Assembly (NCBI GenBank): GCA_964463425.1
Contig: CAYXBV010000001.1
Coordinates: 55,547-119,546 of the forward strand
Direction of reading: 5' to 3'
Source of the DNA: an uncultured Gammaproteobacteria bacterium
GTDB taxonomy: Bacteria; Patescibacteriota; Microgenomatia; UBA8517
Length of the DNA stretch: 64,000 nt
The translations under genes and the position numbers were made by a program. Below, in pieces: positions 40,483-50,625 of this stretch. Numbering within the stretch: the stretch's first letter is position 1; every line of letters begins with the position of its first letter. Below the pieces are notes generated by a model. The model was not told the DNA's origin. It ran no database searches and saw only the letters and a program-made list of their open reading frames with translations.

Positions 40483-41100
40483 TTATATACTTCTCCTACC
40501 CTCTATTGCTTGTTCCAGAGTAGTTTCGTCTGCGTATTCTAGGTCTGCTCCTGTGGGCACTCCCATTCCCAGTCTCGTCACTTTAAAAGCTCCATTTCCA
40601 TCTGCAATTTGTGCTTTTAGTTTTTTGGATATATACATAGCCGTTGCCTCTCCTTCCATGGTTGGATTGGTGGCAATAATTATCTCTTTAATATTTTCGT
40701 CTTCCTTCGCTCGAGTTAATAAATCATCAATATAAAGTTCATCGGGGCCGATATTTTCTAAAGGGCTGATGCTTCCGTGTAGAACATGATATCTTCCCTT
40801 AAATTTCCTTATTCTTTCAAATGCCAATATATCCAAGGGTTGCTCAACAACCAAGATTGTTTCTTCGTTTCCCCTTTCTCCCGCACATATTGGGCAAGGA
40901 TCGGTTTCGGCAACATTTCTGCAAATCGAACATAGTGTCGTATCTTTTTTGAGTTGCGTTAACGATCTGGCAAACATATCAAGCTCTCCCTGAGGAACAT
41001 GGAGTAAGTAATAAGTTAGTCGTTGCGCCGTCTTCGGCCCAATACCCGGAAGTTTTTGAAAGGATTCAATTAACCTAAGAAGTGGTTTTGGTATTTTCAC
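40483..41100 (-). CDS. recR: Recombination protein RecR
   Basis: HhH (LPGIGPKTAQRL); C4 zinc finger CSICRNV...CPIC; Toprim. Confidence 0.9.
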   Translation of the reverse strand: MKIPKPLLRLIESFQKLPGIGPKTAQRLTYYLLHVPQGELDMFARSLTQLKKDTTLCSICRNVAETDPCPICAGERGNEETILVVEQPLDILAFERIRKFKGRYHVLHGSISPLENIGPDELYIDDLLTRAKEDENIKEIIIATNPTMEGEATAMYISKKLKAQIADGNGAFKVTRLGMGVPTGADLEYADETTLEQAIEGRRSI

Positions 41101-41133
41101 TATATAAAATTATACTATTTTTACAAACAGGGG

Positions 41134-41418
41134 CTACATTTTGCCTAGAAGTCCGGAAAGTCCACCGCCCATTTCGAGCATTTTCTTGGCAGCCTTTTTC
41201 TGCACTTTTTTCATTGCCTTGTTTGCTGCGTCAACTATGTCTTGTCTCTCTTCCCCGTCAACCTTCATGTAGGCCAACTTTTGGTCTCCGGTTACTTTTA
41301 CCTCAACTTTTCCTACGCTGAGCGTCTCTGTTATTTGCTCCAATTCTTTTTGGAGATCTTTTGCTTGTTGGCGCATTTTGTTTAATTCGCCTAATTGTTT
41401 TACTTTATCGAATGCCAT
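41134..41418 (-). CDS. YbaB/EbfC family nucleoid-associated protein
   Basis: 94 aa; MAFDKVKQLGELNKMRQQAKDLQKELE...; dnaX-ybaB-recR synteny. Confidence 0.85.
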   Translation of the reverse strand: MAFDKVKQLGELNKMRQQAKDLQKELEQITETLSVGKVEVKVTGDQKLAYMKVDGEERQDIVDAANKAMKKVQKKAAKKMLEMGGGLSGLLGKM

Positions 41419-41423
41419 ATTTT

Positions 41424-42941
41424 TTAATTCCCAAAGATTTCTTTGGCGACTTTGATTATATCGTCGTCTGTTTCTTCAGTCAAAACTACTTCCTCTTTCG
41501 GTTCTGTTTTCAGAACCTCTCTTGCTTGAGGTTCTGCTAACAAACATTGAATTCTGGTTGGGCAACCCAACACTCCCGCCACTACTTCTTCTAATACCCT
41601 TAAGTGATGTGTATCTTCCAATCTCTCTTTGTGAAATCGATAAAAGACACTGAGTGTTAATACTCCGCCATCAAAACCCAAAGGTTTGGCGGCTCTTAAC
41701 AATGCTTCTATCGATGTGTTTATTGGTTTAACTGCTAATAGTATTTTAGTCCAAACTTCATCGGTAACTTCTCCAGCAAATTTTTTCGTACTTACCGACT
41801 CTTTTTTCTCGGGCTTTATCTCTTTAAAATCAATTGTATCAGTCTCATTTCCATTTCCACTATCAACCTTATCGACCCCTTTCAATTCTTTCTTGCTACC
41901 AGTCTGCTCGTTTTGATTGTCGCACCACTCAATAACAGCCACCTCTAAAGGCAATTGTTCAATAACGGCCCCCTTTAGTTCATTGGCCGCATTTACAAAA
42001 AGTCTTATCAGAGCAATGATTTCTTTTTTCGTTAATTTTGCATATTCTTCCCCCTCTAGGCCTACTTTATTGAGAAGTGCACCTCTCAATCTTTTTAACA
42101 GCGCAGAAGTAAAGGTTTCAAGTGAAGCGCCGGCACTAACAACTCCTTCTATTTCCATTAAACACTCTTTTGTGTTCTTTTCTGCTAGGTGAACTAGTAA
42201 TTCTTCTATGTTGAATGTTTTTTTCTTAAATAAATACTCTTCAGCATCTTTAGTGTTGAGTTTAACTTTCTGTGTAACCAATTCTTCCAGGATTTTAGCT
42301 CCATCTCTAAACGAACCGTCTGCTTTCTGGGAAATTAAGGCAATTGCGCCTTTGTCTTTTAAGTTTTCCCCTCTGGCTATTTTTGCCAAAGACCTTTCAA
42401 CCTCTTTTTCTGTCGCCTTCTTAAAAAGAATGTTTGTTACTCGTGACCTTATCGTATCAATTAGCTTTTCGGGATTGGTTGTTGCTAAGATAAACATCAC
42501 ATGATCAGGTGGTTCCTCTAGAGTTTTAAGAAGTGCGTTGGCCGCCTCTGTTGTTAACATGTGCGCTTCATCAATTATGTAAACTTTTTTTCGAGAACTA
42601 GCAGGAGCTAGCTTAACCGCATCCCTAAGAGCTCTTACATCGTCTATTCCTCTATGACTAGCAGCGTCAAGCTCTATTACATCAATGTTTGACCCCTTTG
42701 TAATCGATTTACATTGACTGCATTTGTTGCAAGGTTCTCCGTATTTCTTTTCATTGCCCAAGCAGTTAACAACTTTAGCCATTATCCTTGCCGCCGATGT
42801 TTTGCCTGTACCCTTGGGTCCCGAAAATAAAAAAGCGTGAGGAATTTTTCCAGAGACAATGATTTTTCCTAAAGACTCTCTTACATTAGCAATATCTAGG
42901 TCTTCTATTTTTTGGGGACGATATTTAAGATAATAGGTCAT
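41424..42941 (-). CDS. dnaX: DNA polymerase III subunit gamma/tau
   Basis: YRPQKIEDL...HAFLFSGPKGTGKTSAARI; zinc module CNKCSQC. Confidence 0.9.
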   Translation of the reverse strand: MTYYLKYRPQKIEDLDIANVRESLGKIIVSGKIPHAFLFSGPKGTGKTSAARIMAKVVNCLGNEKKYGEPCNKCSQCKSITKGSNIDVIELDAASHRGIDDVRALRDAVKLAPASSRKKVYIIDEAHMLTTEAANALLKTLEEPPDHVMFILATTNPEKLIDTIRSRVTNILFKKATEKEVERSLAKIARGENLKDKGAIALISQKADGSFRDGAKILEELVTQKVKLNTKDAEEYLFKKKTFNIEELLVHLAEKNTKECLMEIEGVVSAGASLETFTSALLKRLRGALLNKVGLEGEEYAKLTKKEIIALIRLFVNAANELKGAVIEQLPLEVAVIEWCDNQNEQTGSKKELKGVDKVDSGNGNETDTIDFKEIKPEKKESVSTKKFAGEVTDEVWTKILLAVKPINTSIEALLRAAKPLGFDGGVLTLSVFYRFHKERLEDTHHLRVLEEVVAGVLGCPTRIQCLLAEPQAREVLKTEPKEEVVLTEETDDDIIKVAKEIFGN

Positions 42942-42950
42942 ATTTAAAAA

Positions 42951-43337
42951 CTAATCGTGATGAATACCTAGTAGGTGCAAGGCTCCATGTTCAACTAACT
43001 CGATAACTTTTTCTTCAGGGCTTATTCCTTCATGTTTCGCTTCTTCCTTAGCTTTTGGGTAGCAAACAAGTATTTCTCCTAAGTGCTTTGAGTCATCGGG
43101 AGGATAAACAAAATTTTCCTTAACCTCTTTATCAGTAAAAGTTAGAACATTGTGCACCTTATTATCTTTAAGATACTTACTGGATATGTCAAGCATCTTT
43201 TTATTGTCAACTATCGCCACTGACACTCTGGTGTTAGAAACCACCCCTCTTTGTTCTAATAAAGTAGATAAAGATTTTTTAATCTTTCTGGAATTAATGC
43301 GGAACTTTAGCTGATTTTTAACAGAAACCGAAATCAT
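42951..43337 (-). CDS. ybeY: rRNA maturation endoribonuclease YbeY
   Basis: C-terminal HGALHLLGIHHD zinc-binding motif. Confidence 0.8.
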   Translation of the reverse strand: MISVSVKNQLKFRINSRKIKKSLSTLLEQRGVVSNTRVSVAIVDNKKMLDISSKYLKDNKVHNVLTFTDKEVKENFVYPPDDSKHLGEILVCYPKAKEEAKHEGISPEEKVIELVEHGALHLLGIHHD

Positions 43338-43372
43338 AATTATGCTTTCTTTATTTTAGCCTCAAGCAGTTA

Positions 43373-43813
43373 TCAAGAGAGTTTTGCGCGTACCATCTCG
43401 GAGACCTTTTTCCCATCCGCTTGTCCTTTGCACTTACCCATTACTTCCCCTATGACTTTTCCCATGTCCTTCATGCTCTTTGCTTCAGTTGAGGCAACTA
43501 CTTCATCTACTATTTTCTGAATTTCCTTGTCTGCCATCTCTTCAGGAAGATACACCTGCAACAAAGCCAACTCATCCTTCTCTTTTTTAGCTCTCTCGGG
43601 AGCTTCTGCTTTCCCATAAGCCTCAATAGAATCTTTTCTCATTTTTGCCTCCCTTTTTACGACCTCTAACTCTTCCTCTTTCGTTAGGTCTTCTTGTTTT
43701 TTAATTTGGGCATTATGCAACGCCGCCGACAGAAGCTTCAAGGTTGAAACTTTTAGTTTTTCCCCTGCCTTCATAGCTTCTATAATTTCACTTTTTATTT
43801 TTTCGGTTATCAT
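43373..43813 (-). CDS. GatB/YqeY domain protein (start taken at Met20 of the ORF to avoid overlap with the HIT gene)
   Basis: MITEKIKSEIIEAMKAGEKLKVSTLKLLSAALHNAQIKK is the YqeY N-terminus. Confidence 0.7.
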   Translation of the reverse strand: MITEKIKSEIIEAMKAGEKLKVSTLKLLSAALHNAQIKKQEDLTKEEELEVVKREAKMRKDSIEAYGKAEAPERAKKEKDELALLQVYLPEEMADKEIQKIVDEVVASTEAKSMKDMGKVIGEVMGKCKGQADGKKVSEMVRAKLS

Positions 43814-43833
43814 GATTGTTCTTTTATCCTCTA

Positions 43834-44184
43834 TTATTCTAACTCCATCTCGGAGGCACCATTTTTCCATCCTCCGATTAAATGATAGTGTAAATGAAAA
43901 ACTGTCTGTCCTGCTCCCTTACCACTTGCCGTTAATACCTTAAAAGCACTACCTATTCCTTTTTTCTTGGCGATTTCTGCAGCTGTCTTCTGAATTTTTC
44001 CAAGCACCTTAACATCATCTTTGTCGGCTTCACCTAATGATGTTATGTGTTTTTTGGGAATTATTAAAATATGAACTGGTGCAATAGGTTTTACATCCTC
44101 AAAAGCAAGTATCTCGTCGTCCTCCCATTCAAAAACGGTCGGAATTTCTCCTTTTACAATTTTACAAAAAACACAATCTTTCAT
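43834..44184 (-). CDS. HIT family (histidine triad) nucleotide hydrolase
   Basis: HLHYHLIGG histidine triad; CxFC N-terminal motif. Confidence 0.85.
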   Translation of the reverse strand: MKDCVFCKIVKGEIPTVFEWEDDEILAFEDVKPIAPVHILIIPKKHITSLGEADKDDVKVLGKIQKTAAEIAKKKGIGSAFKVLTASGKGAGQTVFHLHYHLIGGWKNGASEMELE

Positions 44185-44274
44185 TCCGTATCAGTATATA
44201 TACTTGTGAAAACAACGACAAGAGGAAAATTGACGCTTTTCACACAGAAATACGGGGTCTTAAAATACGCAAAA

Positions 44275-45261
44275 CTAAAGAAGAGAAATTATTGTTTTTG
44301 CCAATTTACTAGCATCATGCCTATAAAGCGTTGTTGTATCCATAAAATCTCCTGAAATTATTCTTGTTCCATTTTTCCGTCTGTGTAAGTCGTTTATTAC
44401 CAACTTAGAACCATATTTTTTATACCAGTTAGTCATACTATTATTTGCCTTTGCTCTTGTCTTGTTTACAATAACATGACTCACCTTTTCTGATGACTCA
44501 CCTAAATATTGCTTTATTACTGTTAAAAAGTCGTTCGCTGAAAATCCGTCAGTTTCGCCTCTTTTAGTTAGCAAGTTAACAACATAAACCAGCTTTGCAT
44601 TTGATTTCAAAAGAGCTTCGTTCATACCTTGTACCAAAAGTGTAGGAACGATGCTTGTATACAAGTCTCCTGGTCCCAATACGACCATGTCTGCTGTCTC
44701 AATTGCCTTCTTTGCTTTGTCAAAAATCTTAGCCTTTGGAGTTAAGTACACTTTCTTTATCGGATATTTAAGCTTAAATGTACGCATGTCAATATTGCTT
44801 TCTCCGTACACTCTTGTTCCGTCAGTTAAAGTTGCTGCCAAATTTGTTTTATCTAGCGTCACTGGATAAACAGAGCCGGACACATTAAATATTCTTGCTG
44901 CCTCATCTATAGCTCTATCCATACTGCCTGTTATTTGCACTAAGGCCGCCAATAAAATATTTCCTACAGAATGCCCAGCCAAACTTTTACCGCTAGTAAA
45001 ACGAAAATCGAACACTTCCTCTAGTGTTTTTTTGGCAAAAGGAAGGTCAGACAAAGCCATAATTGCACGTCTAACATCACCCGGGGGCAAGATGTCTAGT
45101 TCTTTGCGAAGCTTGCCTGTCGATCCACCAGAGTCACACATTGAAATAACAGCAGACAGATCAACCGGATATGTCTTGAGACCCGTTAAAACAGCATACG
45201 TGCCAGTGCCACCTCCAATTGCAACTATTTTTTTCTCTCTTCTATTTCTCATTCTTTTCAT
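44275..45261 (-). CDS. YvcK/CofD-like gluconeogenesis factor family protein (UPF0052)
   Basis: KIVAIGGGTGTYAVLTGLK; 328 aa. Confidence 0.85.
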   Translation of the reverse strand: MKRMRNRREKKIVAIGGGTGTYAVLTGLKTYPVDLSAVISMCDSGGSTGKLRKELDILPPGDVRRAIMALSDLPFAKKTLEEVFDFRFTSGKSLAGHSVGNILLAALVQITGSMDRAIDEAARIFNVSGSVYPVTLDKTNLAATLTDGTRVYGESNIDMRTFKLKYPIKKVYLTPKAKIFDKAKKAIETADMVVLGPGDLYTSIVPTLLVQGMNEALLKSNAKLVYVVNLLTKRGETDGFSANDFLTVIKQYLGESSEKVSHVIVNKTRAKANNSMTNWYKKYGSKLVINDLHRRKNGTRIISGDFMDTTTLYRHDASKLAKTIISLL

Positions 45262-45637
45262 TAGACCATACTTTTAACATTGCCTGAACAAGAGGTTTTT
45301 TAAGATTTGAGCTGGAATTACCAGACACTTTTTTCATTACCTCTCTTTGGTTTAACCACCTTTTCCCATGTTTTTGGGGAAATAAATAAAGTTCTATTAT
45401 TTCTTTTTGCTGTTTTGTAATCAAGTCATTGTAGTCAATTTTTTTTCGTATACTGACAACCCACTGGTTTAATTGTCCCCTAAACCTTAAGTCAAGAGGT
45501 CTATAGATTAGTTCAAATTTTTTGGGTGGTCGATATCGTGAATTTTTGGGTTGAGGATATTTTGACTTTGGTTTAATAAAGCCAATTTTTTCGAAGCCCG
45601 GCAGGTTTCTTTGTTTGCCTTTGCTGTGTCGAAACAC
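45242..45637 (-). CDS. Hypothetical basic protein with a sigma-70 region-4-like HTH at the C-terminus
   Basis: LITKQQKEIIELYL...REVMKKVSGNSSSNLKK resembles region 4 HTH; immediately downstream of proS. Confidence 0.35.
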   Translation of the reverse strand: MFRHSKGKQRNLPGFEKIGFIKPKSKYPQPKNSRYRPPKKFELIYRPLDLRFRGQLNQWVVSIRKKIDYNDLITKQQKEIIELYLFPQKHGKRWLNQREVMKKVSGNSSSNLKKPLVQAMLKVWSNEKNEK

Positions 45638-46864
45638 TTATTTTAATCTTTTTATTACTTGATCTAACGTAATTATTTCAATTTTTCCGCTAGCTCGATC
45701 TTTCCATTCAATCTTGTCTCCAGTTTTGGTCGAGACAACAATTCTGTATGGAATTCCTATCAAGTCTACATCTGCAAATTTGCCACCGGCGGTTATGTCC
45801 CTATCGTCCCAAAGAACATCTATTTTTTCTTTTCGGAGTTGTTCATAAATCTTTTTGCCTTTTTCTTTTTCATTTATATCAATCAAGTGAACGTCGTAAG
45901 GAGCAATTTGTGAGTACCATATAATTCCTTTATCATCATGACTGACTTCTACCAACGCTCCCATAACCCTTGTACAACCGATGCCGTAGCTGGCAAACCA
46001 AACAGGTTTTTTCTTCCCATCCTCATCAGTGTAATAAACTTTCATTCTTTCTGCGTACCAGGTACCTAGTGGGAAAATATTACCGACTTCAATAGCTTTC
46101 GATTCAATAATCTTTCCTTTCTTGCACTTAGGACATTTTTTACCCACTTTGTCTCCCAGTAATTCTTTGTTTGCTCCCCAATTACATTTATCGCAATAAT
46201 AGATTGTGTCTTCTCCTCCTTTGGCTAATACCTGAAACTCATGGGTATTACCCTCCGTAAACACACCACCTGGAGCATCGGTTACTTTTACATCAAGCCC
46301 TATTCTTTTGAATGCTTTTAGGTATGCCTCTTTTACCTTTTCGTAATATGCCCACATGTCTTCTTCTGTCGTGTGTGCACTGTATAAATCTTTCATCATG
46401 AATTCTCTGCCTCGTAGAATACCACTTCTGGGTCTTGGTTCGTTTCTAAATTTTGTAGAGAAGTGGTAAAGAGATAAGGGGAGGTCTTTGTGGCTATTGA
46501 TATTTTTTCTAAGAAGATCCATAACAACTTCTTCGTGAGTAAAAGATAGAGCAAACTCTTTGCCCTTTGTATCTTTAAATTGATACATTACTTCCTTTGC
46601 TTTATCCCACCTGCCTGTTTGGTCCCATATTTTTCTAGGATGAAGAAGGGGCATTAGCATTTCTTGTCCACCAACAGCGTTCATTTCTTCGCGAATGATT
46701 TGATTTATTTTTGTTACAACTTTCCAGCCAAGAGGAAGAAGTGTCCAGCTTCCTGCCATTAACTGATCTATAAAACCCGCCCTAACAAGCAATTGGTGAT
46801 TAGCACTTTCCGCCTCTTTTGGCGATTCTTTTCTAGTCTTTGGAAATAGTTTAGATTGTAACAT
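45638..46864 (-). CDS. proS: Proline--tRNA ligase, minimal bacterial form without INS editing domain, with a Cys4 zinc-ribbon insertion
   Basis: SANHQLLVRAGFI, FTHEEVV, FRNEPRPRSGILRGREFMMKD class II motifs; CDKC...CPKC. Confidence 0.85.
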   Translation of the reverse strand: MLQSKLFPKTRKESPKEAESANHQLLVRAGFIDQLMAGSWTLLPLGWKVVTKINQIIREEMNAVGGQEMLMPLLHPRKIWDQTGRWDKAKEVMYQFKDTKGKEFALSFTHEEVVMDLLRKNINSHKDLPLSLYHFSTKFRNEPRPRSGILRGREFMMKDLYSAHTTEEDMWAYYEKVKEAYLKAFKRIGLDVKVTDAPGGVFTEGNTHEFQVLAKGGEDTIYYCDKCNWGANKELLGDKVGKKCPKCKKGKIIESKAIEVGNIFPLGTWYAERMKVYYTDEDGKKKPVWFASYGIGCTRVMGALVEVSHDDKGIIWYSQIAPYDVHLIDINEKEKGKKIYEQLRKEKIDVLWDDRDITAGGKFADVDLIGIPYRIVVSTKTGDKIEWKDRASGKIEIITLDQVIKRLK

Positions 46865-46872
46865 TGGGGTTA

Positions 46873-47985
46873 TTATCTCAGAACAGAATTTAGAAATCCA
46901 GAAAGACCACCGGCAGTAACCAACCTTCGAACGTCATGAACGGTAATGGCAACAAGTAGCGATATTAAAATAATCATACCTATTCCGTTAACAGTTGCTT
47001 CAACCTTAGGTGAAACTTTTCTACCAATAATAGATTCGATTCCTATGAATAACAGCCTGCCTCCATCTAAGGCAGGAAAAGGAAGAATATTTAAAATAAC
47101 CAAATTTATCGAAAGTATACCCACAAAATTAATAAGTGTTAGTATGCCATATTTAGCAGCCTCAGTAGTTAATGCAAATATACCAACAGGACCAGCAATG
47201 TCTTGAGGTACCTGTCCATTAAAGAGATTAATAAAAAGGGTGGCAAACCCCGAAACCATGGTCGCTCCCCAAAAAAGGGCTTCTTTTACACCATAAAATA
47301 TTCCAACAAATGGTCTTTGCCATACTGGCGGATAATAAACTTCAGTTGAGGATATAACAACACCCAGGGGCCCTTCTTCTTCCGGTGGATTTTCTCTTGG
47401 TCTAATTTGAACTTTCTCTATAGTCGTTTCGTCTCCAGTTGTTCTTTCTAGCTCAAAGAACAATCTGCTTCCTTTATTTTCTTCAATTATTTCGATAAAT
47501 CCTGAAACAGTAGTCACCTCTTCATCTCCAACTTTTTTAACGACATCTCCAACTAATACTTTAGCTGTCTGCGCAGGAGACCCAGGGACAACATTCACAA
47601 CACGAACATTTTCGGTTTCTTTTGGTATCCCAGAAAAGGAATATACAGTGGCAAAAGCAAGTACTGCTAACAATAAATTCATAGTCACCCCTGCTAGAAG
47701 GACGGTAATTCGTGCCTTTTTGCTTTTGTTAACAAATGATCTCTTGGGATTAGTCACTCCCTCTTCGCTCATTTCACCATGAAGCCTGACAAACCCACCG
47801 AAAGGCAATAAATTAATTGAATATACTGTCTCGCCAATTTTTTTGCCATAAATTCTAGGAGGATAACCTAATCCAAACTCCTCAACCAACACTCCCGCGC
47901 GTTTTGCAGCCCAATAATGTCCAAATTCGTGAACCAATATTAAGACCGATAAAACTATTAAAAATGTCAATATTGAACTTGCCAT
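46873..47985 (-). CDS. rseP: RIP metalloprotease RseP (M50 with PDZ)
   Basis: HEFGH; PDZ domain; NILPFPALDGG. Confidence 0.85.
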   Translation of the reverse strand: MASSILTFLIVLSVLILVHEFGHYWAAKRAGVLVEEFGLGYPPRIYGKKIGETVYSINLLPFGGFVRLHGEMSEEGVTNPKRSFVNKSKKARITVLLAGVTMNLLLAVLAFATVYSFSGIPKETENVRVVNVVPGSPAQTAKVLVGDVVKKVGDEEVTTVSGFIEIIEENKGSRLFFELERTTGDETTIEKVQIRPRENPPEEEGPLGVVISSTEVYYPPVWQRPFVGIFYGVKEALFWGATMVSGFATLFINLFNGQVPQDIAGPVGIFALTTEAAKYGILTLINFVGILSINLVILNILPFPALDGGRLLFIGIESIIGRKVSPKVEATVNGIGMIILISLLVAITVHDVRRLVTAGGLSGFLNSVLR

Positions 47986-48005
47986 AATATATATATTAAC
48001 AGAAG

Positions 48006-48560
48006 TTAAACTCGAAGCAGCTCGACTTCTTTCTTTTTGCCGTTTTCGTCAATTTTCTTAACAAATTCATCCGTTGTATCCTGCAATTGTTTTTCTTGAT
48101 TGAACTTCTCATCTTCGCTTAACTCTTTGCCTTCAAAACTTTTCTTAATATCCCTCATCGCATCCGATCGAACTTGTCTTATCATTACTCGCCCGCTTTC
48201 TAGCTTTGTAGATAATAGCTTTACGTATTTTTGTCTATCTTCTGTTGTCAAAGCTGGCAAACTTATTCTGATAATCTCGCCATCTACTGACGGATTAAAA
48301 CCTATATTCGCTAACAAAATTCCTTGCTTGATGTCGCCAATGATTGACTTATCCCAGGGGTCTATTGTCAAAGTTTCAGGATCTGGAGCCGAAATAGTAG
48401 CCAGTTCGTTTATTTTCAGTTTTTGTTGCCCACCATAGACAGAAACTTCTAATTCTTCTATTAATCCTGGGGTGGCTCTGCCTGTTCTTATGGTACCAAT
48501 ATCAGTCACAACCATATCGAGAACTTCTTGCATCTTGGAGCGAACTGTTCCTTCTTCCAT
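48006..48560 (-). CDS. frr: Ribosome recycling factor
   Basis: 184 aa, full-length RRF similarity. Confidence 0.9.
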   Translation of the reverse strand: MEEGTVRSKMQEVLDMVVTDIGTIRTGRATPGLIEELEVSVYGGQQKLKINELATISAPDPETLTIDPWDKSIIGDIKQGILLANIGFNPSVDGEIIRISLPALTTEDRQKYVKLLSTKLESGRVMIRQVRSDAMRDIKKSFEGKELSEDEKFNQEKQLQDTTDEFVKKIDENGKKKEVELLRV

Positions 48561-49021
48561 TACTTGCCTAATTCTATCCTAAACACTCGACCAATGCGAA
48601 TGTTTTCGCCCGTCTTGGCCATTACTTCTTTTACAAGTTCCAATATCTTCTTACTAGGATCTTTAATGAAATCTTGCTTTTCTAATTCCTTGGCGTCTTT
48701 TGCCTTCATTGAAGCTGCTTGCATCGCTAAATCGTGTGCTAGTTTTTCAAAAAGTTCATTTCTGGCAACAAAGTCTGTTTCGCAAAAAAGTTCAACGATG
48801 CCAATCACTTTTTTATCATGGTGTGTATATGTGGCAACAATACCTTGTCCAGTTTCCCTTCCGCTTCTTTTTTCAGCCTTTTCAAAACCCTCTTTCCTTA
48901 AAACCTTTTCAGCTTTATCAACATCTCCCTTAACTTCTTCCAAAACCTTTTTGGCTCTAATCACGGGAGCGCCGGTATTTTTTCTTAACTTTCTTATTTC
49001 TTCTACTGTAATTTTTGCCAT
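48560..49021 (-). CDS. tsf: Elongation factor Ts, short form
   Basis: N-terminal UBA-like (ITVEEIRKLRKNTGAPVIRAKKVLEE); TDFVARN motif. Confidence 0.85.
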   Translation of the reverse strand: MAKITVEEIRKLRKNTGAPVIRAKKVLEEVKGDVDKAEKVLRKEGFEKAEKRSGRETGQGIVATYTHHDKKVIGIVELFCETDFVARNELFEKLAHDLAMQAASMKAKDAKELEKQDFIKDPSKKILELVKEVMAKTGENIRIGRVFRIELGK

Positions 49022-49023
49022 TT

Positions 49024-49746
49024 TTATTTTTTCTTTTTGGCGGGCTTTTTCTTTTTGGCGGGCTTTTTCTTTCCTTCCAAAATCGCTTGTTGCATCAAGT
49101 CTAGTGCATATTCCAAGGCCGTTGAAGCATCGTCATTCATTGGGATAGGATAATCAACCAAAGTGGGATCTGTGTTTGAATCAACAATTCCTATTGTTTC
49201 AATACCCATCTTTTGAGCTTCTTTTACCGCCCCTATTTCTCTCCTGATATCAACAATAATCATTAAGCTTGGTGGGCGTTCCAAACCACTCATTCCCCCA
49301 AAGAAACGATCTAATCTGGTAATTTCTTTTTCGAGAAGTAATCTTTCCTTTTTTGTAAAATGGTTATATTCCTTTGCGGCCATTTTCTCTTTCATCTCTG
49401 ACAACTTCTTTAGTGATTTATCGATTTGTTCGAAGTTTGTTAGGGTTCCTCCAAGCCAGCGCTCAGTCACACAGTGTATTCCTGTCGTAGCGGCAACTTC
49501 TTTTGCCTTAACTTTTGCTTGCTTCTTAGTACACACAAGAAGAATTGATTTATCTTCCTTTGTTGCTTGGGTCAATAACGCAAGAGCTTCTTCAATCTTT
49601 TTCTTGGTTATTGTTAAGTCAAAAACGTGTACGCCTTCTTGGGAACCGTAAAGGTATTCCTGCATTTTGGGATTCCAGCGTTTTGTTTGATGCCCAAAAT
49701 GAGCACCAGACTCAATCAATTCTTTTAGTGATATTTTTACTGTCAT
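49024..49746 (-). CDS. rpsB: 30S ribosomal protein S2 with a Lys-rich C-terminal tail
   Basis: N-terminus LIESGAHFGHQTKRWNPKM. Confidence 0.9.
   Translation of the reverse strand: MTVKISLKELIESGAHFGHQTKRWNPKMQEYLYGSQEGVHVFDLTITKKKIEEALALLTQATKEDKSILLVCTKKQAKVKAKEVAATTGIHCVTERWLGGTLTNFEQIDKSLKKLSEMKEKMAAKEYNHFTKKERLLLEKEITRLDRFFGGMSGLERPPSLMIIVDIRREIGAVKEAQKMGIETIGIVDSNTDPTLVDYPIPMNDDASTALEYALDLMQQAILEGKKKPAKKKKPAKKKK
49033..49068. repeat. Perfect 2 x 18-nt tandem repeat (CTTTTTGGCGGGCTTTTT) within the rpsB 3' end, encoding a duplicated KKKPAKKK tail
   Basis: Seen in sequence. Confidence 0.8.
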
Positions 49747-49911
49747 TTTTATTAGTTCCTTAATCCACCTTTTGGTGGGCCGCTACTTAAGGGAGAAGTA
49801 TTAGAAGCTTCTCAGGAACTTAACCTCAAGTATGTGTATTTGCTCTTAGAGCAAGCTGTAGTTTATCAAGACTTGCCCAGCTTTTCAACAGCCATAGCTA
49901 CGTTAACAATA

Positions 49912-50625
49912 TTATCCATTAAGTGAGACATTGTCATTCATTGTCGATAAAGAAGAAAATTTGGGGTGTTTTTCTACTTCCTCTTTAATTTGTTGACTTA
50001 TTACGTCTGGTGTTTGTTCGCCATCTATTACTATAAATTGATCAGGAAATCTAACAATCGTTTCTTTGTAACCTGCAAGTACTTTTTCTAATTTTGCCTT
50101 TTTCTCAAATAAGTCCAGTCCCATCCTTGAGCCTTTTATTCTCGCAAGACATGTATCAACAGACGCGTCTAGAAAAACCGTTATATCTGGAAGTGGGAAG
50201 CGACTCTGCATCGCGATCAGCCAATTTATATCTATGTTTTCTACGTGACCATACGCAATTGTCGACCAAAGGTATCTGTCCGTAATAACCAGCGATTTAT
50301 TTTCTAGTCTCGCTATAATTCCTCTTGGTTCATTTAAATGGTCTAGTCTGTCTGTGGCAAACATCATTTGCAACGTTTCATTATCCATTTGAAGATCGCG
50401 AGAAAGTATGTGTCTAATTGTTGCTCCAATTGGACCCTCTGTCGGCTCTTTTGTTAACCAAACATCTAGGCCATGCTGCATACCATAAAACCTCTCCATG
50501 TTTTTTGCTTGGGTACTAGAGCCACTTCCATCAAGCCCCTCTAAAGCAACTAGTATTCCAGGATAAGGATTGACGAGCATTTCGTGTTCGTAGTGAATTG
50601 TTAATCTCTGCTCTTGTTCTTTCAT
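49912..50625 (-). CDS. tmk: Thymidylate (dTMP) kinase
   Basis: P-loop LVALEGLDGSGSST; DR(Y) motif; LID region. Confidence 0.8.
   Translation of the reverse strand: MKEQEQRLTIHYEHEMLVNPYPGILVALEGLDGSGSSTQAKNMERFYGMQHGLDVWLTKEPTEGPIGATIRHILSRDLQMDNETLQMMFATDRLDHLNEPRGIIARLENKSLVITDRYLWSTIAYGHVENIDINWLIAMQSRFPLPDITVFLDASVDTCLARIKGSRMGLDLFEKKAKLEKVLAGYKETIVRFPDQFIVIDGEQTPDVISQQIKEEVEKHPKFSSLSTMNDNVSLNG

Noticed and set aside
49768-49781. Hairpin CCACC-TTTT-GGTGG and palindrome TTGCTCT-T-AGAGCAA upstream of rpsB; considered an S2 autoregulatory element
   Set aside because: Short and without recognisable similarity to the known rpsB leader pseudoknot; cannot be supported from sequence alone.
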